Assembly (NCBI RefSeq): GCF_964355755.1
Contig: NC_092673.1
Coordinates: 35,585,648 to 35,649,647, forward strand
Origin: Antedon mediterranea
Taxonomy: Eukaryota > Animalia > Echinodermata
Direction: 5' to 3'
DNA: 64,000 nucleotides
Made by a program: the position numbers and the translations under genes
Shown: positions 13,501-23,157 of the stretch, piece after piece
How the letters are laid out: every line of letters begins with the position of its first letter
How positions within the stretch are numbered: position 1 is the first letter of the stretch
Notes under the pieces: generated by a model
What the model saw: the letters and a program-made list of their open reading frames with translations, nothing else
What the model was told of the DNA's origin: nothing
Database searches by the model: none

Positions 13501-14642
13501 AACAAATATACATTGATAATAAAATGATCAAACGAGTTAATGAAACACAATTTTTAGGAGTAACCATAGATGCCTCTCTGACTTAGAAACTACATATAAA
13601 TAAAATCAGTAATCTAGTTTCTAGAAATGTTGGAATATTGAACAAATTAAAACATATCTTCCCTCAAAAAACCTTATTAACCCTTTATAATACTTTAGTT
13701 TTGCCTTACCTTTCTTATGCCAATTTATGTTGGGCAATAACTCTAGATAAATTTAATAAGTTATGCCCCTGGACAAGTCTAGAGAAAACTCAACTTGACC
13801 GCCTTTTTAAACTACAAAAACGTGCACTTCGGATTTGCGCGGGAGAATCATTTAGAGCCCATACAAAATTACTTTTTAAAAGATTTAACGTTTTAAACAT
13901 TTATGATTTAAATAAATTACAAGTTGCCTCATTTATGTACCGTTTATCTAACAATTTACTGCCTTCACATTTTAATGCTTTATTTACAAGAATTGACGAA
14001 CGCCATTCCTATAAAACCCGATCCTCTGTTAACAATTATATCCTTGATAATTTAAATGTTAAGGCTCGACGATTTTCTATGTATTATTTTGGTCCCAAAC
14101 TTTGGACTTCACTCTCAAATGAACTTAAACAGAAATCTTCCTTTTCTAGTTTTAAATCTAATTTCAAACACAACATGGTGTCAGAATATGCTACATAATT
14201 TTTCGCCGATCTTTTATCCTTATTTATTTTGTGGTGATACATGGCATTAAATCCTTCACCCTGGTATTCAATAATCTCCGCTACATTGTATCGTTATACT
14301 TGTTATTATAGCATATTTAATTATATTTCATATTGTACTCTAATTGTTATCATTATCCCTTTTATCATATATTATATAATTGCCTGGTTTATCTTAACTT
14401 CTATAATTTAAATTTTTTAAATTTCTTTATTTTATGTACTTTCACTATTATATATTCATATTTTAGTCTACTCTGTAGCAATGTTAGTATACTTATAGGC
14501 ATACGGGAGTCATGACTTAAAGTTCAGTGAACTTACTGTGACTTCCATCCACCCACATTTAATATATGTTATGTAAATGTAAATGATATATATATATATA
14601 TACAGTATATAAGTGAGTGGAAAAAATAAATAAACGAAACGA
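10540..14642 (+). mobile_element. CR1/L2-group LINE, 5'-truncated and inactivated
   Basis: Candidate TSD AACTATTTA at 10531-10539 and 14643-14651; AATAAA plus (GAAAC)n tail; EN+RT coding region. Confidence 0.85.
11035..14198 (+). pseudogene. LINE ORF2 (APE endonuclease + reverse transcriptase) broken by stops and a frameshift
   Basis: FHLNARSL, FTETF, GDFNIN, TLIDNIF, YRPISLL, GVPQGSILGP, FADDT; stops at 11476, 11602, 11881 and 13584; frameshift near 12000. Confidence 0.93.
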
Positions 14643-14760
14643 AACTATTTAGATGTTTATGCTATGTTTTTCGACCGAGTTATTATTAAATATAGACATA
14701 CAGTACTACAGTAATACAAAATATTGTAAAGGAATTTATATATATATATATATATATAAA

Positions 14761-14900
14761 TTGATGAAGGGCTAGTGTTGCCCGAAAGCTCTGCTAACTT
14801 TTCTGGCTGTTTACTTTATCGTTTTGATTTAGCTTTTCGCTTTTTATTTTTGTATCTCCATTGAGATCCAGCCACTGATACCCACAGCATTGTCATTTTT
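14761..14900 (+). mobile_element. Penelope-like terminal remnant with a minimal hammerhead-ribozyme core
   Basis: TTGATGA-A-GGGC-TAGTGTT-GCCC-GAAAGCTC beside a (TA)n run; C3 and the 5' strand of stem I are missing. Confidence 0.5.
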
Positions 14901-15868
14901 TTCAGTAATTTGCCTTCAGTAGATCCGGAAGGATGATTCCTTCAATTAAGAAGACTGAGCGTCATAATAAATCATTTCTTCCGTGTGCAATCAGGCAATT
15001 ACAACAAGCAATTTAAAAGATAACTTGAGACGTTTTATATTTTATTCTTTATATAGTATTTTAATATTTATACTGTTCATAATGTTTTATACATAGCATA
15101 TTTTCTTATATATTATCTTATCCATTGTATAGTATTGTATGTTTTTAACTGTTGTTATTTTTATTGTTTTTATTTTGCATGAATAAGTGAATTTTTAAAG
15201 TAAATAAGTGTAAACACATATCAATTTATATATTATAAACATCATGGGAAAAACAATCTATTATTTAATGGTCTATTTATTAAAGACACTTGCTATTAAA
15301 AGCATTATTGTTTATCATGAACTTGTGCAATATATGCATATGTACATGATTTGCAATTATTAGAAAAACATGACATGAATTCCTAAGACCCAGCATCAAC
15401 ACAGGAATGATTATTATTATTGACATTCATTAAGTGGTGTAGCAAAAATGTCACCAAACTTTGTCACTTTTCTCAGACTTCCGATCCATTATCAGCTACA
15501 TAATTTTTACATTTTTTTTTTGCATATAAAAATTTTTCCTGTGTTTTTTCATTATACTGTTAAAATCTTAAACGTATCCCATAGCAACGACCAGGCCGAA
15601 TAAGAACAATAGGCCTACCATTACTGGGGTATTTCCAAAATCTTCCACGATGCATTGAACCACATAATATTCATCTATTGTAAATTTCCATATGACCAGA
15701 CATATAAAAGCACACGCCTAGCATTCAATGGGTCGTAGTTTATGGTTGTAGTAAATATTGGCACCTTTTTGTTGGTGTACGTTTTTATTATTTGAATTTA
15801 ACTATAGAGGTACAGTAGTTTTATAGTAATAATTTTATTTAATAAGCGCTAGTAGTATATAAGGGAAT

Positions 15869-16115
15869 ACAGACCCGAATGAAAGGTCATACCCCCAGGG
15901 CAGGAGTATTCCAGACCCGAATAGAAGGTCATACCCCCGGGGTATATTTCATATTTCTATTGTTTAATTTCCAGGTATTGTAATAATAATTAGTGAAAGG
16001 TCACTCTTTGTACCAGACCGGAAAGGAATGTCATATCCCCAGGGTATATATTATTTTCTATTGTTTAATTTCCTGTTATTGTAATATTAATTAGCGAAAG
16101 GTCATTCTTTGTTAG
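15869..16115 (+). repeat. Subterminal repeats (CAGACCCGAA..AAGGTCATACCCCC; GAAAGGTCA), mirrored at ~30156-30402
   Basis: Three CAGACC(C/G)GAA units and a ~105-bp imperfect tandem duplication just inside the terminus. Confidence 0.85.
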
Positions 16116-16416
16116 AGAAGGGGGTTTGTTATTTTGGCGGGGTTTTCGTTTTGGCCTGGGTTAAAATATATTAGTGAAGGTAGTTCTTTGTTTGAGGATT
16201 GCTATTGTTATTTTTAGGCGGTTTGACCATTGCATAGGTCTCTTTTGTTTAGTATTTCCTAATTTCTTTTGTTCATTGTTCTTTTTGTTTGGTACAATAG
16301 TTTTGTTTTTTATATTTTAGAGCCGTTTCTCTTTAGACATTGTAAGAAGAGGGACTGCTTTTTGTGACCTTTCCAGTTGTTTCGTCTATTTTATCGTAGA
16401 GTTACAGTATTTCGCT

Positions 16417-16968
16417 ATGTCTGGAAGTATAGATTTTTCGTTAGGTAGCTGTGTAGATACAGTTATAATTATTAGCGATGATGAGGAGACTGTTGTTACA
16501 GGTAACGATATCGGTGATCGGTACATGCGGACCAATGAGGGTGTACCCGCCGGTGTTGATGAAGGAGATGAGAGGGGTAGCCGGGCTACAAGTTGTATAT
16601 TTACGTACGTAGATGAGGTGGAGAGAGAATTTTTATTGAAATTGGAATATTTAGCCAGAGAAGTGTTTGTTTCTCAAATGTTAAACATGTGTTGGATGTT
16701 AAGTAAAGCGGCTTGTTATGGTTGCGAATTTGATAGGCCTGGTCAAAAAGATCATGACTTCTGTTTAATGAAATCTCCAGAAGAACAGATTGATTATTTT
16801 TATCGGGAGGTTCTGGATAAAGAGTATGTTACAGACGATACCGTGTACAGCGAGATGAATAAGTACGAGGAATATTCATTACCACGGTATAGACATTTTG
16901 TTTACTTTCTCGTAAATACCTTGAGTAATTCAGAGAACCTGTATAAGTTATTGTGTGAGGATATCTAA
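16417..16968 (+). CDS. Hypothetical 183-aa protein with acidic N-terminus and CxxC-x9-H-x2-C putative Zn-binding motif
   Basis: Open ATG..TAA frame in AT-rich DNA; CYGCEFDRPGQKDHDFC; identical mirror copy. Confidence 0.75.
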   Translation: MSGSIDFSLGSCVDTVIIISDDEETVVTGNDIGDRYMRTNEGVPAGVDEGDERGSRATSCIFTYVDEVEREFLLKLEYLAREVFVSQMLNMCWMLSKAACYGCEFDRPGQKDHDFCLMKSPEEQIDYFYREVLDKEYVTDDTVYSEMNKYEEYSLPRYRHFVYFLVNTLSNSENLYKLLCEDI

Positions 16969-17171
16969 AACGTGTTTCGCACGTGCCACGGAAAAACGAT
17001 TGACCGGAAAACAAACAGTTAACAATGCTTTAAGCCGCACGCGTTGTAGGGAGACAATTGATAGGAAAAACAATTAACAACGCTTTAGGCTAATTACTTT
17101 TAAAAAGGTACTTCCGTACTCAACTGTATATATATCGGAGCTGATTCAAACGCAGTTTTAAAGTACCAACG

Positions 17172-18053
17172 ATGACTACCTCCTCGAAGTTATTGGATCC
17201 TAGAACATTTTTCAACGGTCAAACAAACGATTTGAGTAAAGCAGCGAAGCCGTCAACAAGTAAAAAATCATTTCACTCTGCCTCAGGAATTAGCGCCATG
17301 GATTATGCCGAAATGACCGGTGGTGAACCAAAGATTCCAATAACTTCAACGAATCGGATTTTTCTGTCTGAAAAACGCCATGTAGTGGCCCAGCGCTGGG
17401 GTGAAGTTGTTTATGTATGCCTTAGAGAATTTTATCAAACGGAAGAAAATGGTGCCTTCAAACCTGGACCTCTAGGTATTAATTTACCCGTTCTGCTGTG
17501 GCAAAAACTTTTTACCAATATTGATTTAATTCTTCAAGCCCTAGCCGACTTGCAAAGAGACATTAACTTGGTGGAAGCAGTAAGAATCCCACTTTCGGAC
17601 ATACTACATGTGGTAGTTAGTAGCTGGAAAGAAGAGCAGTTTGTATGTATTCGCCATTGTTACCAGGCCGAAGAAGGAGGCGAGTTTAAACCCGGCAAAA
17701 AAGGTATAAACCTTCCAAAGAGACAGTGGTACAAGTTAATTGAACAACACGGTGAAATTCAAAAGATGATTGAAGAGGTTGATAATGATAATGCGGTTAC
17801 CGTCGATGGTGGTGGTGACGAAAACGATAACGGAGGACGTTTATTCAATTCAGAGCAACAATTGCTATCCCCTGATGGGTTATCTGTGCAAAAGATAACA
17901 GGGGAAAATTTAGATTGTGATTACCTTCAACTTCTTGATAAAGGAACAGCCGATACATTGTTTAAAAAATGTGAGGAAGAGATTGACTATTTTACCGGTG
18001 ATCTTGCAAAGGTGAAAGTGTACGGAAAGTGGTTTAATATTCCTAGAAAACAG
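17172..18053 (+). CDS. Exon 1 of PC4-PC4-ALKBH2 fusion gene (two PC4/Sub1 domains plus AlkB lid)
   Basis: VCLREFY..FKPGPLGINL...W and VCIRHCY..FKPGKKGINL..QW resemble PC4 IDIREYW..MKPGRKGISL..QW; EEEIDYFTG..VKVYGKW..IPRKQ; donor CAG|GTTAGT; TATA-like run at ~17127. Confidence 0.92.
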
Positions 18054-18272
18054 GTTAGTTCCATTATGTTTTTATCCGTGGTTTTGTATTAATGACTTGT
18101 TAATTACTTGTAGGCCTATATCGTTTCCTTTGTTTTTCTTTATTTACCGCTGGGTAGCTATATGTGTAATTTACTCTTTTACTGTAAATGATTTTATTTG
18201 GGCGTGTTCATTTACATCTCGCCAAATAAGATTCTTAAATTACTATGTAATGTATGGTTTTCCCCTCTGTAG

Positions 18273-18415
18273 GTTTCGTTTGGCGATTCGGGCTTAACTT
18301 ACAAATATTCAGGCAATACAGTACCAGCTTTACCGTGGCCACCATTCCTGAAAGATCTCCGCGATCTTTTAAAAACGGTTACAGGACATTACTTCAATTT
18401 TGTCTTGGTCAATCG
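18273..18415 (+). CDS. ALKBH2: Exon 2 of PC4-PC4-ALKBH2 fusion
   Basis: Acceptor TTTTCCCCTCTGTAG; VSFGDSGLTYKYSGNTVPALPWPPFLKDLRDLLKTVTGHYFNFVLVNR; donor CG|GTAAAT; this frame is not in the ORF track. Confidence 0.92.
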
Positions 18416-18575
18416 GTAAATATTCTTGTTTATTATTTTGTTTGTTTTAATTCTATTATGCAAGTGTTATTTTACTTACATACATCCCCCCTCCCCCAAT
18501 GGATAATTGGGTGGTTTTTTTTAATCTCATGTTAAAATACTTTATTTTCTATTGTATTTTGTCGTTACTCTATAG

Positions 18576-18873
18576 ATATGCTACTGGCAGTGATTACATT
18601 GGCGAACACAAAGATGATGAAAAAGACATGAATCACTTTAGTCCAATCGCCTCTGTATCATTGGGGCAAACACGTATGTTTAGATTTCGACATGGTGATG
18701 CGCGAGGTAAGAGTCCCAAAAGAATAATTGAACCAGTAACTGTTGATCTTAAACACGGTACATTATTAATGATGAATTATCCCACTAATGAGTACTGGTA
18801 CCATTCACTGCCTAAAAATCAATCCATCAAGCTACCAAGAATAAATCTTACGTTTAGAGATATTAAAAGATGA
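18576..18873 (+). CDS. ALKBH2: Exon 3 of PC4-PC4-ALKBH2 fusion (2OG-Fe(II) catalytic core); spliced product 440 aa
   Basis: Acceptor CTCTATAG; YIGEHKDDE (HxD), PIASVSLG, WYHSLP, RINLTFR. Confidence 0.94.
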
Positions 18874-21800
18874 GAGAAATTTTACGCAAACATTAGGCCT
18901 AACAGTCTTTAATAGCGATTGCAGATTTCAAGAACATCAACTGTTCATGATCTGTTCTCATATAGTGTAGTAGTACCAGTTAAATTACTTTTGTGATGAT
19001 ATTTCTACAAATGGTTGTATTATTGTATTGAAGTTAATTCACTTAGATATAGGGCTAATTCCATTGATCGTTAATAATAATGTGATTGTTTGTCATTGTG
19101 TGGATAATTATTAACTTTACGAAACAAATAGCTGTATTATTGTATTGAAATTCACTTAGATCTATACCTAATTCCATTGATCGTTAATATTCATGTGATT
19201 GTTTCCCATTGTGTGGATAAAAATTAAATAATCTCTTAAAAGTAAATTGTATTGTATTTCTAATTGTTATAAATACATGTAACAGTTTCTTATGTTTTTA
19301 ACAAGTGTGCAAGTTTTTCTTTAAAGCGTTTTAACCGTTTAGTTAGTAATTTCAAGAGAAACAGGTACTTGAAACGGATAAATGATGTCGTAACGTAGGA
19401 AACGGACTGGTAGATTAAAAGAATCGTTATAGGCCTAATAACACTAATAATAACAAACATATATTTCGTACATGTATCGATAAGTTATCTAAATATGTGT
19501 GATTAATATTATTACAATAAAGACCATGTAGATCTACAGTAGTTTTACTGTAAGTGGTATTGTAAATAAATTTTGAATTCAATGGTGAGAAATAATAGAT
19601 GTCTGCGTATTATTTAATATTACTTTTATCATAATTGCAAACACAGGTCGATCATAATTTGAAGGCAGAAAGACGTTTTGGTTGCCAATTGTATTTTCTT
19701 TACACTTAACACATTTTAACAGAAAAACAGAAAAGCTAGACATTCAACCGGACCCCAAACATTGAAATTTGTTTACAAACAGGTTATTTCCATTAGTTAT
19801 TCTAAGGCCTACTTTTTTTTCTACATGTTTATCTTTCGACTATTTTTTAAAAACTTTTTTTATGAATCTTCCGCTGTTTCGTTAGCAATTTTACAGGCCT
19901 GTGTCTTCGCTCTGTAGCCTTTTAACGGTTCTTTGTAAATGTTCTCTTATTGATGGTTACCTATAGCTCTCTCACATCCCTTAATCTAGCACCATTTTAT
20001 GAAAGATTCCTCAGTAAGGGGTTTATTACTGACGCTAGGTATCATCGACAGGGAATATTAGACAAAACATGACGTCACTATTTTTAAAAGGTTTTCTCAT
20101 TCAAGAACAGCTGACGTCAATGAAGAATACGTTACAACACGATAACTATCGGACAGCAGCAACAAACATCAACCAATCACAAATCTGAGCTACTAGTTAA
20201 ATAATAAATAAACGAAACAAAGACAAAAGAAAAGGAAATACACCAAACAAATCATTTTCGTCTCGAAGTTATATTAACGTAAATTTTTCCTTCACAAAAT
20301 CACAGGAGACGCGTTTAACGTTTCCAATTGTAAAGCAGTTTCAAATTACGTCGCATCATACTGCTAGTACCTTACTGTAAAATATCTACCGATATATATA
20401 TTTTGCTAGTCACTCATCATTTTATTACATCACATTATTCAACTCATCAGGTGTAATATCTTTACACAAATACTTTATATCTTTACTTTTTTTCTTACCA
20501 GCTCATAACAAACACGAATATTACTCTAAAGGATTTATACTCAATGTACCATAACCCCCCCCCCCCCACCTTTTTTTTTAAAGTCTGCATAGCGGCACGA
20601 GAAAACAATTAATAATGGGGATAAAAAGTTTGTCTTACATTGTTATACAGTAACCTGTGTTTTTCTCGGTTTACACCAACTCATTGTTTATAATTATGTA
20701 TGTTAATGTCGATATAGTGTTTCTCTATTACAGTTTATTACCTGTTTATACTCGTAAAGTTTGCAGGCCTCCATGTAGTTGGTATATTTTGTAAAAATTG
20801 TAGTTATGTTTACTTTTTAAAAATCGTTTTATTTGCATTTTATCTCCTCCTGGTTAAAATGAGTGTGATGTTGCTTAAAAAGTTAACAAGTATAACCACT
20901 AAAACGGTTCATTACCTGTAGGAGATCATCAATATTGTAACATGCGGTAAACAATACAAATTAGTTTCACAAATCATTTAAACAATAACACTAACAAATT
21001 ACTGGAATTTAAGAAAATAAAGGTGTACAGATTTTATTTCGATAAAAAAAGTGTACAAAAATAACTTTACAAAAAATGTACAGAATAAATTAACAAAAAA
21101 AAAAAAATTAATTCTTATAAAGGTGTACAGTGTACATTGGCCAGACATTCTTAAAACGAGGTGTACAGCTTTTATTTAAAAAAAAAGTATACAGAAATAA
21201 TTTTACAAAAAGTGTATAGAATAAATTTACAAAAAAAGTTCACACATTAAACTCATGCTTATAAAAGTGTACATGTCGATGTGTACATGTGACGTGGCAT
21301 TACCATTAAGAAACAAATACAAACCAAACATTTAACAGCTAAAACAGCATAGCGATCGTTTTCGTACGAAAAACAATACCTCCAGCAGGTATATCAACTT
21401 TAGTATTTTAAGTATAGGGCCTACACTTTACAAACACACACACCCTCTTGAATTGTAGGTACAGGCCTTTTGCCGTTCGTAATTCAAACAGTTCGGAAAA
21501 TTGAAGTTAATATTCTGAGATTTATGTCTATGATTGCATTCTGCCTTCCCTCTCAGGAGCTTAGACTTGTCAACGGTCTAAAAGAGCTGTAATGCAGGAT
21601 GCGAAACATAAAAGTTTATTAATAAACAGTATATTATAACGATAAAGAAACGAATGTACGATACACCAATATAACAGTACAATAACTGATTAACTGAAGA
21701 CTTGAAGTCTACTGTATTCCTACAATCATTCAAGTAGACATTGTTTGCTGAGTGTATGATACTTTCTCCAAAGAGAATTCGAACGATGTGTTTGTTTTTT

Positions 21801-21955
21801 TTTTTCGGACGTGTTTCTACGGTTATCAGAACGGGTCAATAATAATAAAAAAAAAACAAAAAAAAAAACAAAAAACGAACAACCTACTAACTTCCAAACA
21901 ATCAATACCTAAATAAGCTGAACCTAACCCACTAATTAATAATCTCTTCCATACA

Positions 21956-22162
21956 TCAAAATCGGCCGAAAATGATCTGAACATTGAAAAGTGGACACGG
22001 TCGTCTGTTCTTCTTATCTGTTGCCACGGCTTGTGATATCCTCGTTGGTGATAAAGCCATGCGGTCTACACACTTATGATGACCACATCGCATAACATGT
22101 TCAGGGAACTTATTTTTCAACTCTCTGATACAATGTTTAAATACAAGTGGACTGGAAACCAT
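21956..22162 (-). other. 68-aa outward-facing ORF of uncertain reality (mirror 24107-24313 +)
   Basis: ATG lies next to the central repeats; CGHHKC...CPL is weakly RING-like. Confidence 0.25.
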
Positions 22163-22180
22163 TTAGGAATAGGGTTTTCT

Positions 22181-22812
22181 AATAATAAAAGTTGTGTAAA
22201 ACTTTAGTTATGGCCAAGGGGAATTGGTCAAGACTTGGAGTAAATGGTCAAAACCGGTGGCAAATGGTCAAGACCGAGAGAAAAATTAATGTACACCATT
22301 TTATAAGTTTATAGTCAATTATTGTGTTAACATTCATTTATGAATAAACCTGTATACGTATTCAATAATAAAAAAAAAGAATAACTTTCTTATGCTTAAT
22401 ATCATGAATAACATATCTTTAGTGGTTAAGGTAATATATTATTTCTCTGTATACTGACGTCACACATAATTATAGATAAAGAGAGACTGTCCATTAATAA
22501 AAGTTGTGTAAAACTTTAGTTATGGTCAAGGGGATTGGTCAAGACTTGAAGTAAATTATCGAGACTTGGAGTAATTGGTCGAGACCGGGGGAAAATGGTC
22601 AAGACAGGGAGAAAAATTAATGTACACAATTTTATAAGTTTATAGTCACTTATTGTGTTAAATTTCATTTATGATTAAACCTGTATACGTATTCAATAAT
22701 AAAAAATTAATATTCCTTCACTTAATATCATGAATAACATATCTTTAGTGGTTAAGGTATTATATTATTTCTCTGTATACTGACCTCACAAATATAGATA
22801 AAGAGAGACTGT
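22181..22812 (+). repeat. ~315-bp tandem duplication containing TGGTCAAGAC-type iterations at ~21-bp spacing (mirror ~23460-24088)
   Basis: TAATAAAAGTTGTGTAAAACTTTAGTTATGG...GAGAGACTGT occurs twice. Confidence 0.92.
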
Positions 22813-23130
22813 AACTAAATGTTTATCAATTATTAGGGTTACAGTGAGAGTTCTATGCAAACATTAAAAGGTCAATTAACGAGCCACCCAACTTAATTAA
22901 GTACCGGTACCTAACAAATGCGCTCAAACTCTATACAGGTTACAACTCTACAAAAGAGGACATTTTATTTTTAAACTAGGGTTAAACATGAAAAAGGTCA
23001 ATTACTTGAACTCTGAACATTGGAAAAAGGGTTGTGTCAATGGACACTTGAACTTTACCTCTATACAAGGACGAATGGACAGTGACAATTTACCATTATT
23101 TTAAACTCTGGTCACAAAAGCATGGGAGTT

Positions 23131-23157
23131 TCAATTTTCGACTTCGTCGAAATTTGA
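23131..23157. other. Apex hairpin of the palindrome
   Basis: TCAATTTTCGAC-TTC-GTCGAAATTTGA: 12-bp stem with 1 mismatch; c-GAA-g loop on the minus strand. Confidence 0.85.

Larger units (their letters stand above)
15851..23114 (+). repeat. Left arm of the giant inverted repeat
   Basis: Reverse complement of 23181-30420; differences I found are a C13/G15 homopolymer and a few changes near the centre. Confidence 0.98.

Noticed and set aside
18097-18535. ORFs 18097-18297 and 18254-18535 and their mirrors
   Set aside because: Intronic or in the wrong frame; the real exon 2 is 18273-18415.
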